Assembly (NCBI GenBank): GCA_951406725.2
Contig: OX597830.1
Location: 28,024,001 to 28,088,000, forward strand
DNA: 64,000 nt
Direction of reading: 5' to 3'
Source of the DNA: Octopus vulgaris
Taxonomy: Eukaryota
Part shown: positions 43,517-57,180 of the stretch, in pieces
How the letters are laid out: every line of letters begins with the position of its first letter
How positions within the stretch are numbered: the first letter of the stretch is position 1
Program-made: the position numbers and the translations under genes
The notes under the pieces: model-generated
Database searches by the model: none
What the model was told of the DNA's origin: nothing
Seen by the model: only the letters and a program-made list of their open reading frames with translations

Positions 43517-44159
43517 AGTGTGTGTGTGTATGTATGTATGTGTATGTGTGTGTGCATGTACATCTATGCATAAAAATGTATTAATAATGGTTTTATGCAA
43601 AGATATGAAAATAATTTAACATTAAATAAAAGAATTAGTCAATGAGATTTTGTCATTTCAAAATTTTACAAGAAGACGGCTGAGAGTGAGTACCAGGGTT
43701 CGGCCTGTTGTCCTTCCGACAAATGCGGAAGGACGGATACTTCGAAGTAACTGTTATCCATCATTTATGTGTGTGTGTGTGTGTGTGTCTGTAATCTTTT
43801 GTACGCTTTATTTCTTACTTTTTTTCAGATACTGGATTGCGGCCATATGAGGCAACATCACGAAGAACAGATGGTCTTAAATCAGAGAAGAGTGTACATA
43901 AGTATTTTATCGGACTAGACCCAGGCTTAGAAAAGTAGACACTGCCCAAACCATAATCAAACCAAATCCTCAAAACTTTCGTAAATAATACTCATTTAAT
44001 CGACCCCAATAGGATAAAAGGCAAAGTCGACCTTGACAGAATTTGAACTCAGAACGTAGCGACAGCCGAAATAGCGGCTAGTATTTTACCCGGTGTTTTA
44101 ACGATTCTGCCAGATCGCCGCCTTCCATTCAACTTTAATATTAGTGGCAGGAAAACGCT

Positions 44160-44970
44160 TTCCAGAAGAACTCTTAAACTCCACCTTTTCCAACTTGAAT
44201 TAAAACTTCTTTCCTTGTTATTTTCTCCTGATTTTCTGCTAATCCGCCTCCAGCCTCTCGTTTTTCTTTTTCTTTTTCTTATCTTTCTTCTTTTCTTCTT
44301 TTCTTCTTTTACATCATTTTCTCTTCTCCTTTCTCCACCTTCTCCTCACCATCACCTTCTGCCTCCACGACACCTCCTCCTCTGTCTTCTTTTCCTCATC
44401 CTAAAATTCCTCTTCCTCCTCCATTCTCTATTCCTCAGCGAAATACGCCTCTATATTCTCCTCCTCCTCCTCCTCCACCTCTTACTACTTCGCTGCATTT
44501 TCCTCTTCCTCATCCTCATCCTCCTCATCTTCCTCCCCCTCTTCCTCCTCCCTTCCCCTCCTCTTCCTCCTCCCCTTCCTTCCTCTTCCTCCGCCTCCTC
44601 CTCCCCTTCCCCTTCCTCCTCCTCCTCCTCATCTTCCTCCCCCTCTTCATCCTCCCTTCCCCTCCACTTCCTCCTCCCCTTCCTCCTTCTCTTCATCCTC
44701 CTCCTCCCCCCCCTCCCATTCCCTCCTCTTCCTCATCTTCCTCCGCCTCTTCCTCCTCTTCCTTCTCCTCCTCTTCCTCCTCTTCCTCCGCCCATTCCTC
44801 CTCTTCCTCCTCCTCTTCCTCCCTTTCCTCCTCTTCCTTATTTTTCCTCTCTTCTTCTTCTTTTTCTTCTCCTCCTCCTCCATATTCTTCTCTTCAGTCA
44901 CTTATTCCTCATTCTCCTCTACCTCATTTTTTGATTTTCTTAATCTCCTTCTCCTCCTCTTTCTCCTCCT
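44160..44970. repeat. polypyrimidine (CCT/CTT)n low-complexity tract
   Basis: Visible directly; explains ORF 44215..44934. Confidence 0.9.
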
Positions 44971-45559
44971 CGCTTAATCAAAGTCCATCTCTGATCCAAA
45001 AGACCTACGCTATGATACACAGAATCTCCAATGGTTACATTCGTTTGCTTTACAAAACAAGATATTCTTTTCATTTTCTAATCCAATATGTCATGGACCT
45101 CACTCATCCACAATTTTCTGCCTCTATTTTTTTTTTTACCAAGACACTGCACAATGGAACTTCAAGGAGATTTGGCTGCTATTTCTACGTATTCGACGCG
45201 GCCACTGGTATGTTCACTCGGTGGCTCATCTCCGGATTATGAATAATACAATATTACTTGGTATCATATCGAACATATCTCTGCTCCTTAGTAATCGTTT
45301 TTTCTGTATATGTGTTCGTATGGAATTTGTGTGTGTGTGTGTGTTAGTGTTTATTCTAGTTTTAATAATTTCTTGTATCACCTTAAAAAAAAAAGACAAG
45401 AAAAGAATAAGATGGAATTGCAAATGGGCACCGTATAGCATTCATAGAACTTAGTAGATAGTGATTTAATAAATCCGTCATTTGCCCTTCGATAAAAGAA
45501 CAAGTGTCACCGTAGAAGCTATTTTAGTCCATCGCTATTATTATTATTGTTGATGTTAA

Positions 45560-46130
45560 GCCGGCGAGCTGGCAGAATCGTTAGCACGCCGGGTGAAATG
45601 CTTAGTAGTGTTTCGTCTGCCGCTACGTTCAGAGTTCAAATTCCGCCGAGGTCGACTTTGCCTTTCATCCTTTCGGGGTCGATTAAATAAGTACCAGTTA
45701 CGCACTGGCGTCGATATAATCAACTTAATCCGTTTGTCTGTCCTTGTTTGTCCTCTCTGTGTCTAGCCTCTCGTGGGTGGTAAAGAAATAGAAATAGGTA
45801 TTTCACCCGTCGCTACGTTCTGAGTTCAAATTTCACTGAGGTCGACTTTGCCTTTCATCATTTCCGGGTCGATAAAATAAATACTAGTTATGTCAGCCCT
45901 TGTGTCTATAATGGAGAGAATTATTATTGTTGTTGTTAAAGCGGCGAGCTGGTAGAATCTTTAGGACGTTGGGCGAAATGCTTAGCGGCATTTCACTCGT
46001 CGCTACGTTCTGAGTTCGAATTTGCCTCTCATCATTTAGGGGTCACTAAAATTAATACCAGTCAAGCACTGGCGTCGATGTAATCGACTAGTCCCCTCCG
46101 CACAAATTTCTGGCCTTGTGACTATAGCAG
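45560..46130 (+). mobile_element. SINE family B cluster (one well-preserved composite plus a second copy)
   Basis: GGCGAGCTGGCAGAATCGTTAGCACGCCGGG...GAGTTCAAATTCCGCCGAGGTCGACTTTGCCTTTCATCCTTTCGGGGTCG. Confidence 0.9.
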
Positions 46131-46922
46131 AATAATTGTTGTTGTCATTGAAGTTGGTGAATATGGCTTTTTTTGTCTTCATCCGGGTTATACAAGCTGC
46201 TAGTGATGGGATGGTTTTTACAGTCGTGACGTCGTGGTCGTCATGACGAATGGACATTTGACCAGGCAAACGATGCATAAATTGTACATTCTAAGAAGTA
46301 ACAGACGCAGTCACATTCGTCATCATTGTTCGTATTGTTGCTTTCAAAGTGATGTTAAATTTATTAAATTTTTCCATTAACTTACACACAAACACACACA
46401 CACGCACATATCTCTCTCTATATATTTATTTATATGAACATACATATACGTACGTATGTGTGGGTATGTGTTTGTGTGTGCGTGTGTGCTTATATAACTG
46501 TATGCATAAATATTTTATTTATAAAATTTGTTTTATCTCTCTATATATTTGTTATGTAGAACTAATCCGGTTTGTGAAAGGAATACAACGAAGTTTACAC
46601 AGCCTACCTGAAACTGTTTTCTATCTATTTCATAATGAAAGCATTATATATGCCGTTGAGTTCACCCAGAATTTATTCAGTTTTGTCTTCTTTTCAATTT
46701 AAAAAAAAACAAACAAACTTTTATTCATATTTATTTTTCATATTTTTGTGTTTGTCATTTTTCAACCACTTTCCTATTCTCTGTTTCAACGTAGCATTAA
46801 AGCTGTTCAAAAGCTCCGATTAAGTACGTAGCAGTGTATATATGTGTGTAGGTTTCTGGATGCATTTGTGTGTGCGTGCGAATATATACTATATGTATCT
46901 ATATGTATGTTCATATATATGG

Positions 46923-47054
<132 letters not shown>

Positions 47055-47079
47055 ATGTATATATCCAAATATATATATA

Positions 47080-47143
<64 letters not shown>

Positions 47144-47362
47144 ATGTATGTATACATATAGGTAGATAGATAGACAGAGAGGTATATATAGCGAAAAATT
47201 TGAAAGTGACATCGAAGTTAAGGTTTGTATGACATATATGTACGTGGACTTATCTATTAACATATACGCGTGTATGTGTGCATATACATATATATACGCG
47301 TGTGTGTGTCTGTGAGCATGCGCGCGTGCACATATGCATATGTGTATGCGTATATATATATA

Positions 47363-47579
47363 CAGTAACCCCTCGACTATCGCGGGTTTTACGTTCCCAA
47401 ACGCTCCGAAATATGTGTTAGTCTGCGAAGTAGAAACAGTACTGTACTGTATATTTTTCTTCATTATTTTTATAACTTGTATATATTTATTTTATTATAT
47501 ATGTAAAATAATACCATGGACGTAAGCTTAAATACTAGACCGTGGAGAACCACGATAGCTGAACCGCAATATGGCAAGG

Positions 47580-47585
<6 letters not shown>
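47363..47585. mobile_element. pogo/Tigger-like MITE, degenerate
   Basis: TA|CAGTAACCCCTCGACTATCGCGG start; imperfect inverted end CCGCAATATGGCAAGGAATTA; lies within (TA)n. Confidence 0.6.
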
Positions 47586-47663
<78 letters not shown>

Positions 47664-48454
47664 TGAATATCATGTACACTTGTTTCTTCACGGCAAATTT
47701 GATGCCTCCAATATTATTGAGCCAGACCAACAATAAACGCTCGGTTGTTAAAATAGGTTTGCATTGATATTATTCGAACAATATGTATATTATCTCTCTC
47801 CTTTCTAACTTTCTGTATTCCCCTGTAGTTCTTTGTCAATGGAATGCTAAAAATAACATGATGGTGAAAAGAGAAACCAAAGATGATTTAGCAGTGGTTT
47901 GGGTTCTGCTCAAGGAAGAGTGCATGTATCCAGCTAGTGTTGGATAATATTAATGCAATAATGTGCATAATATATATATATATATAATATTCTGCAACTA
48001 CAAGCTGGTACTGATGTAGGGAAACAATCGTTGTGATTTGTAATAAAATCCGTTCGTTCCTTCTCGTACTAAAATTCTTTTATATATACATATACATGTG
48101 TGTATATATGTATGTATGCATGTATGCATGTATGTATGTGTGTATGTATGTGTGTGTGTATGAGTGTGTGTTTTTGATAATGCAATGTTAGAGACTGGTT
48201 TAGAGACTGGTGTAGAGTAAGATATTGTAATATTTAAGCTGAAGAATTTCCTTCCATTTTTAGACCAGAAAAGAACCTACAACTCAGACTAAGTCGTCAG
48301 AAACAAAGTTGGGGGAAAAGAGGGCAGAAAAGGCTGAAGTGAAGGAAGATGATATGATTTCTTCCAGTGATTCATGTTTAAACTGTTAATAGAATTTGGC
48401 TAAAGAATTCTAATGTAGAAACTCTACAGCCATCATTCGCAGAGTTCATATGAC

Positions 48455-48763
48455 CACTAAGGGTCCATGTAATATTTCTTGGAGGTCCACGCAACAAAAT
48501 GCATTTGGGATCCACAATAGTATTTTAAGGGCCCCTGAAAAAAATTTTGCTCTTGATGTATGTAATGCAAGAATCAGGTAGGTTTCTTTCTCTGACATTT
48601 TACATAGTTAAACCTGCACAAGTTAACGTGAGAAAAATAAAATTGAAATTTTCAAAATGTTTCTATGGGAGTCCGCCTGAAAAAAGTTTTTTTATGGGGA
48701 TCCACCAGAATGAAATAGTAATCAAATGGGCCAATAAATAAACCCAATGGTTGAGAAACCCTG
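48455..48763. mobile_element. partial hAT-like non-autonomous element
   Basis: Right end GGTTGAGAAACCCTG (hAT-type TIR) and repeated GGGTCCA/GGATCCA subterminal motifs; left TIR not found. Confidence 0.5.
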
Positions 48764-49612
48764 CTTATATATATGTATGTATATGTACATATACATATGT
48801 ATGTATATGGATATATGCATGTACATATATGTTCGTATGCATACGCCGTGCATATTGAGTGCGACTATGTACATAAATGCAAAGGTTGAGAAACTGCTCT
48901 ACAAGTTATTTTCATTTGAATTAGTTGAACTTAGTTTTCCATTTTATTCGTATCAAAACTTTTTCTCGTCCGGAGTTATTTAATCTTTATCTCTCTTACA
49001 TTACCTCAGAACTGTGTATACCTTACATGGTGAAGTAAGCTGATCGGAAAACATCTTGGTATTTTACCAGGAAAATCGGAGTTGCCGAGAAAGCCACCAA
49101 AAGGGCTACAAGCACCTTATGCTGAAGGGAGGAAAGAAAATAATAAGAGGCAAAGTCAAACTGAGTTAAGTTTGAACTTGCATTGTAGAAATTCAAATCT
49201 TATACATCATTGTATTCCATTCTCCAGTGCCATTCTTAAGAAAAAAATATTATTGATTCGTTGGATTGACACGAGGCCAAACCTTCATAAAGATTACATG
49301 TAATCTATTTAATCGATCATTATGTATTACATCATGTTATTTTATCGATCCAGAAAAATGAAGCCCAAAATATAAAGAAACATAGATATACCGCCGTTTG
49401 AACTTTCTCCGTAAAATACTGATTTTATGCCCAATGAGTGATATTCTGCCGGAGATTCCTATTTAAGGCAACATAAATCGATCTCGTATCGACTTTGGTG
49501 ATCATTATTTCAGATGTTCGATCAATGGATTTATTTATTCATTGAATATTAGAGTGAGTTACTGAATGTTCTGCATTCACGAATATCGTTGATATAATCT
49601 TGAGATAAGTAG

Positions 49613-49850
49613 AGGCGCGTGGCGTAGTGGTTAGGGTGTCAGCATCATGATCGTATGATTGTGGTTTCGATTCCTGGACCGGGCGACGCGTTGTATTTTT
49701 GAGCAAAATACTTCATTTCACGTTGCTCCAGTTCACTCAGCTGGCAACAATGAGTAACGCTGCGATGGACTGGCGTCCCGTCCAGCTGGGGGGAACACAT
49801 ACGCCATAGAAACCAGGAAACCGGACCCATGAGCTTTAAAAGGGCGCATT
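49613..49850 (+). mobile_element. SINE family C, well preserved
   Basis: GGCGCGTGGCGTAGTGGTTAGGGT (A box), GGTTTCGATTCC (B box), TTGAGCAAAATACTTCAT, TGCGATGGACTGGCGTCCCGTCCAG. Confidence 0.88.
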
Positions 49851-50477
49851 TGTTAAAAAAAAATCTTGAGATAAACTTAACTCGCCACACTGTATGACAA
49901 GGCCGGCTCTTTGAAATACAGGCGCACGACAGGATAACAGACATGCTTTCTCCGCTGAATTTTATTCTTTGTATATGGTTGAATAAACCAATTCAAGGTG
50001 CCACGTAGTGGGACCGAACACGACATGAGAATTCATCAGTGGAAAGTAGCTTTTTAAACCATTTTTGCTATTATTAATCTCTTAGCAATGGAAGATACAA
50101 GCTTCCGATCTGATCTCAGTTATCAATTTCCTTTTTCAGGACAGCTGAAAAGTTCAAAGGTCAAGTGAAAGACATGATGAAGAAGCAGAAAAGGAAGAAG
50201 AAGAAGAAGGAGAAGGAGAAGGAGGTGGGGAGGAGGAGAAGAAGAAGAAGAAGAAGAAGAAGAAGAAGAAGAAGAAGAAGAAGAAGAAGAAGAAGAAGAA
50301 GAAGAAGAAGAAACAACTACAGCACACACGACAAATATAGCAACATCAACCGCAATGCCAACAGTAGCAACAACAAAAACTACAACACCAGCAATAACTA
50401 CCACAACACAAAAAGAACAACAAATATCTATATCGATATATATATATGTATATATATACACACATACACACACACAC

Positions 50478-50520
<43 letters not shown>

Positions 50521-51074
50521 CACACACACACACACATATATATATATATACATACACACTCACTCTCTATCTCCCGCGCTCTCTCTACACATATACATAC
50601 ACATGCATATATATCTACTCATGGATGTACATGCCGAAAAACTGCTTAGCACGAAGCGTGCACAGAAACAGGATCAATAGAGGGTATTATTATATATCAA
50701 TAGGGAGACACGGAACAAAATCAAAAATACAGTAAGAAATCAAAGAAGGAAAAGAAACGAGAAAAAGAAGAAAAAAAAAACATGATTAGCACAACAATAA
50801 GAACAGCAACAAGAAAAAGCAAGATTAGGATAATCAACGACACTAACAACAAGAATGCAACAATAAAACCATAACAAATAGTTGTATAGTACAAAACTTG
50901 AAGAAGTCAGGATAAAAACAGAGATAGCGAAATATTTATACATATGTTTTCAATACAAAATCATGTATATTGTATAGATTCTGCCATTCGTATGTATACC
51001 ACATATATGCACATATGCATGTGTATCTCTCTCTCTCTCTCTCTCCCTCTCTCTCTCTCTCCCTCTCTCTCTCT

Positions 51075-51117
<43 letters not shown>

Positions 51118-51133
51118 CTTGTATGTATATACA

Positions 51134-51174
<41 letters not shown>

Positions 51175-51242
51175 ATATATATATGTATGTATTTTTGTAT
51201 GTACGCATCTATTTATCTATCTAGCTACCTCTCTGTCTCTCT

Positions 51243-51288
<46 letters not shown>

Positions 51289-51289
51289 A

Positions 51290-51368
<79 letters not shown>

Positions 51369-51972
51369 CATACATATATACACACATACATATATATATG
51401 CGATATGCGTGTCTGTGTATGGATATGTGTATATATATATATATATCGTACACATTGTACTGAAATTTAAAAGTGAACCAGCAATGTTTTTTTAACAACT
51501 GAAAACTTTACAATGAAGATGAAAGATATTTGGAATTTCAAAGAATATAATTGTTAAGAATTCCAAAAGGTAGTTGACTGTTACAAACGGCCTTTATGCA
51601 AGTATATGGATTATGCGATTGCGATTGTGCGTTTGTGTGTATTTGTGTGTGTGTTTGTGTATGAGTGCAAACATATTCCTATATCTATCTATCTACCTTT
51701 GCATTTATGTACATAGTCGCACTCAACATGCACGCGCACACACATGCACTCACACAGACACATACACACGTACACACATACACCTACACACACACACACA
51801 TACACACTAGTAGACACAGCCACAGACACATACAAAGAACGTGTGTGTCTGTATACACACACATGTATATATGTACATATTTTTGTCTAGGTGCGTATGC
51901 ATACGAACATATATGTACATGCATATATCCACATACATACATACATACATACATATATACATACATACATAC

Positions 51973-52018
<46 letters not shown>

Positions 52019-52388
52019 TTATAAATATGTATATATATATATACATAGATATTTATATGTACATATATGCATATACACGCATACACGTGGAAATCACAGA
52101 AAAGAAGAAGATAGGACTCATAGATAGGTACACGTTCTGGCAAATGTGTATTTACATATATATATATAATTGTACAATGTACACATATGAAGAAATGCAG
52201 GTATATATCGTGCCTTGTTCTGCTCACTCCTCATTTACTAAGAAACCAGCCAACAAGCGACTAAATATATACAAATTTTTACATACACGCTTGCATAAAT
52301 ACATACGGACATACTCATATGGAGAAAATAAACGTCTCACCACTCTCCATACATCTCAGTCTATCACTTTATGCTTCTCTTTCACTAT

Positions 52389-52468
<80 letters not shown>

Positions 52469-52814
52469 GCATACATACATAGACACACACATATATTGTT
52501 CTCACTCGCAAGTTGTTCATTTATCTACACGTTACATCCATACATACACACACATATGTGTATGCTCTCAAACAATTGGTTACGTACATGTAGATAAATA
52601 AAATTCATATATACTGGCAAGCGGGTTGTTTAAGCATGAGAGAATATAGATGAGGTTTATTTCTCCGCACATTTTCATAAGAAACAAACAGCAAAGGATT
52701 AGCAAACGAAGGTTTGCTTAAGTGTTTTTCCCATATATACATATATATATATTTTATTTTCATATATGTATATGTTTATGTATATATACATATATTTACA
52801 GCCATACATCCATC

Positions 52815-52876
<62 letters not shown>

Positions 52877-53362
52877 GAGTACAGGCCTTTTTCCAAAGCC
52901 AATGCAAGCTAGCCTCATGCGTTCTCTTCTGATGGCAATACAATTCAATACAATACAATACAAAGCAATTCTTTCTTTTCCCTACCTCTAGCCAAGTTTT
53001 TAATTCCTTGCTGTAGATTTATAATGTAAGTATAGAGAATGGCATGGAGATGTTAAAGAAGAAGAATTAAAAGGGTGGTGGTGGTGGAGGGTGCAGGCGA
53101 AGAAGAATTTGTAGATATGAACCGATGATGTTGGCAGGGATGTGGTTGATAGTGGTGGCGTTGGTGTTGGTGGTGGGTTTTGAAGAGAAACGGATTATAT
53201 TGTTGTTGCTCGTGTTGTTGCTGTTGTTTTTCTTCGTGGCGGTGAGGCTGGTAGTGATTATATTGTTTTTCTAGTTGTTTGGTCCTATGTGTGTGTGTGT
53301 GTGTGTGTTGTATTTAAGAATGTTCATGCGACTGTTATGTATGTGATACATTTATATATGTG

Positions 53363-53435
<73 letters not shown>

Positions 53436-53454
53436 ATATAATATTCTTTTATTC

Positions 53455-53671
53455 ATTTATTCTTTTACTTGTTTCAGTGGTTTGACTGCGGCCATGCTGT
53501 AGCATCGCCTTTAGTCGAAGTAATCAACACTAGGACTTATGCTTCGTAAGCCTAGTACGTATTCTGTCGGTCTCTTTTGCCGAACCGGTAAGTTACGGGG
53601 GACGTAAACACACCAGTATCGGTTGTCAGGCGATGATTGGAGGACAAACACTGACACAGACACACACACGA

Positions 53672-53712
<41 letters not shown>

Positions 53713-53720
53713 AACATATA
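53455..53720 (-). mobile_element. SINE family A 3' half
   Basis: TCTTTTACTTGTTTCAGT..GACTGCGGCCATGCT...GGGGACGTAAACACACCAG. Confidence 0.85.
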
Positions 53721-53732
53721 TATAACTCCAAG

Positions 53733-53779
<47 letters not shown>

Positions 53780-53780
<1 letters not shown>

Positions 53781-54690
53781 CTCCACATTCTCCATTAGGC
53801 ATTTACTACCAGAACTTAGTGCTCCAATTATTTGTGGTCTGAATATGAATTGATAGTCTGGATATAGAAGCTGGAGGTTTGGAAGCAGTTGTCCATAGAT
53901 ATCATGTTTGTCTTTGATTTTCAAAGAGATATACATTTACTCCTCTGTCCCAAACAACAATATCCGGTCAGTTATGCTTACCTTTGACAGACGTTTTGAT
54001 GGGGATAGTCCACCAGTATTCCTTGAGTTGGTGTTTATGAATGTTTCCATAACAGAGGGATTTTCTAAGTTTATTTCAGGACAGTCTTTTTTGCGGATGG
54101 CAATGTAAATTGTTTTAGCAACAACATCGTGACGCATAGGAAGATAGTACCGTGTCGACGTTTTAGGACAGTCTGCTAATCACTTGTGTAATGTCTTCCA
54201 CAGAAACATGACATACCCTACACATGCGGTTGCACTTTGGGATTACAAGAGCGTCACTATCTCTCTTGTTCACCAGGTACTTTGTGGCAATCTCCTGTTC
54301 CTGGGTTGTAAACGCATAGCTTTCAAAGTGCGATGTGATGTAGGGGTGCTGTGTCCATGTGCGGCTGGGCTTCGTGTCAACTCAAGCTTCCTGGCAACAT
54401 ACTCATGCATGGTCTTTTTTTTATGCTGAGTGCTTTCCATCCAGGTCTTCTCTGAGGTTAGAGGGCCCAGCTGTTTTGGAGCTGTATAGGAGATCATGAG
54501 GAAGAGAGAGTTTCTTGAGCAGTTCACTGTCAACTCGTACAATGTTGCTCACTTGACTTTTCAGGACTGCATTAATATATTTATTTTTGCTGCTGTTGTT
54601 TAGCAGGTGTTGTCTGAGTGATACCATACCGCATTCGAAGGCTGTCTGCACTGATCTGACACCTTTGGGTCTTCTTGACGCCATTACCTC
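53780..54690 (-). pseudogene. second R4/Dong-like RLE non-LTR retrotransposon remnant
   Basis: GVRSVQTAFECGMVSLRQHLL, YYLPMRHDVVAKTIY, RPDIVVWD, YGQLLPNLQLLYPDYQFIFRPQIIGAL; homologous to 36010-36935 (LQLLYPDYKF..IIGAL). Confidence 0.85.
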
Positions 54691-54695
54691 TCATA

Positions 54696-54793
<98 letters not shown>

Positions 54794-54795
54794 AC

Positions 54796-54850
<55 letters not shown>

Positions 54851-54891
54851 CCTACCTACCTACTCTATCTACCTATCTATCTATCTATCTA

Positions 54892-54924
<33 letters not shown>

Positions 54925-54939
54925 GGTGATTTTGATCTG

Positions 54940-54998
54940 TATTCCTTGCTATTTCGAGTTTCGAAAACCCTTGCAGTGCCTTCCTCGTCTGATTGGTA
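54940..54998 (-). ncRNA. degenerate hammerhead motif, inverted partner of 55147-55195
   Basis: CAGACGA-GGAAGGCACTGCAAGGGTTTTC-GAAAC-TCGAA-ATA-GC; core U to A change. Confidence 0.45.
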
Positions 54999-55146
54999 GA
55001 AATCCGAATGTGCGCGTGTGTGTGCGTCGACGCGCATGAGTGTATTTAACACAACACATCTACGAAGCGATTTTTCTCTCAGGAAAAGAAAAAAAGTTGA
55101 CAATGCCATGCCAGTCAACTGAGTAAATTATAGTTTGGATTCTTAC

Positions 55147-55195
55147 CAGCCTGACGAGGAAGGTCCCGTTATGGGTTTCGAAACTTGAAGTAGCA
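55147..55195 (+). ncRNA. type I hammerhead ribozyme motif
   Basis: GC-CTGACGA-GGAAGGTCCC(GTTAT)GGGTTTC-GAAAC-TTGAA-GTA-GC; ACTT/AAGT stem III, GUA triplet; stem I is weak (2 bp). Confidence 0.62.
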
Positions 55196-55487
55196 CGGAA
55201 ACCAAATCAGACTGTTTGGAGTAATAGATGTAACACAATAAATGTGTCAGGTATCCTTGCCTTCGTTTGTCCACTCAAATATATATACATATATACAAAA
55301 CACATAGGTTTATATATATATATACATCTACCCTTATGGGGCTTTATTTTACTGGAAAGTAATACATTTGTATTGCAAATTTATTTTTCATTGAAAACTT
55401 TTTCACTGTTCTCGTTCTGTTAACGGCTAAGCGTTCAGGCGAGTATACTGGCATTGATGTGGCAACATTTGAAATATTGTCTAGGTA

Positions 55488-55560
55488 AATGCAGCTGATG
55501 AAGACTGATCAAATTTACGTTGTCAAACGTATTTGAAGAGTCAGAAACCGGTTCTGCATT
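55488..55560 (+). ncRNA. type I hammerhead ribozyme with long stem II
   Basis: AATGCAG-CTGATGA-A-[GACT..TCAAAT..TACGTT(GTCA)AACGTA..TTTGA..AGTC]-A-GAAAC-CG-GTT-CTGCATT; perfect 7-bp stem I, palindromic ACCGGT stem III, GUU triplet. Confidence 0.82.
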
Positions 55561-55737
55561 ATCCGATTTTGGGTTATCCATCGAATGTTCTTCCTAGAGG
55601 TAAGAGAAACTTTTCATGTTCGTTGCACTCACACGTCTTTGCCAGTATATACGCAGTGAAGCTTTACAATAGCGTCGTATTTGTATCGATTGCTATTGGT
55701 GCCTTGTTGTACCACTCTCTGTTTTTATATGTATATA

Positions 55738-55787
<50 letters not shown>

Positions 55788-56238
55788 CGAATGCGTGTGT
55801 GTGTGTGGTGTATGTATATATGTATGTACGTAGGCACTTATACACACACATATACACACACTACAATCACATGGCGTACTTCATCGTAAAAAGCACTTGA
55901 TGAAGTAACGAATAATTAGAGTCGAAAACATCGATATAATTGTTTCAAAATGATTTATTGACTCACCATGTTTACATAAATATATTATCACCGACCTTCT
56001 CTCTTATGTCACTATATGCTGATTTGGTACTTTGCACTGGCTCTATATCTATTTTTACATATGTAATTTTATTTCTTGTGTGTTTGCAAGCGATTTTGTA
56101 TATTCACGTTTACTGAAGGCAACTTATTTCGGATGCGCATATCTATGTTTCTATGCATATTCATAGATATAAATACTGTTTTATACATATATACATATAT
56201 CTGTCTATCTATTTATATAATAGTAATGATGAGATGAT

Positions 56239-56307
<69 letters not shown>

Positions 56308-56804
56308 TTGTTATCATGTACATTGTTTTGTCTTGGTATAAAAGATGGGCTACGGCAAATATTCTGCTCAATACCACAGATTTGCTTGTCAGTTGTTTGA
56401 CCTTAACCAGTTGAGCATGTCCCTTAGTGGCTGACGATATGTGCATCTCTGATCACGAGCAGAAGTAGTGGGGGAGCATCATAGCCATGTGTTGAGAGGG
56501 ATTCTTTGGGGTTTGAATAATTCGCCTTTGGAAACATGGGTGGTTGTTTCAACATCCTTAAACAACCCTTATTCAGGGACCTTTTGAGCGGGATGGGCTA
56601 CTCAACCTGAAGAAAATTCTAACTGGGCCCCACCTGCTAGGTCATGCGCTGTTTATCTTGATATGAGATCACCATGTCGCGCACATATGGTTGTGATGCA
56701 TGTGCCTGGTGTACCCTTATCAGACGGGTAGTCATGATGGGTATATTGGGCTTCGTATATTTTACCCCAGTGTCACTTTGATGGCATGAACTGCTCTCTC
56801 ACCC
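56308..56804. mobile_element. ~500-bp higher-GC insert flanked on both sides by (TAA)n; probable retroposon or LINE 3' UTR
   Basis: Abrupt compositional change with (TAA)n runs directly on each side; no recognisable ORF. Confidence 0.5.
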
Positions 56805-56968
56805 AATAATAATAATAATTTTAATAATGATAATAATAATAATAATAATAGGGAATATAATTCCAAAACTTATTGATTTTTAGAATAAGGTTTTATAGTA
56901 TACGTTTTCTAAATGGTGTGAATAACATCTTTCATTATTGAATTGTTTAATTAATGTTTTTCTCTAAG

Positions 56969-57009
<41 letters not shown>

Positions 57010-57019
57010 CATACATATA

Positions 57020-57066
<47 letters not shown>

Positions 57067-57102
57067 ACATATATATATACATATATTTATATTCATATAC
57101 TC

Positions 57103-57180
<78 letters not shown>

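Noticed and set aside
44215-44934. Proline/leucine-rich 239-aa ORF resembling extensin or formin
   Set aside because: Translation of a (CCT/CTT)n polypyrimidine tract
49613-49685. tRNA gene
   Set aside because: A and B boxes are present, but the sequence runs into a SINE body shared with other copies and lacks a clean cloverleaf
55875-55935. TTGATGA..GTCGAAAAC with a short TACTTCATC/GATGAAGTA inversion
   Set aside because: Too degenerate to call as a ribozyme
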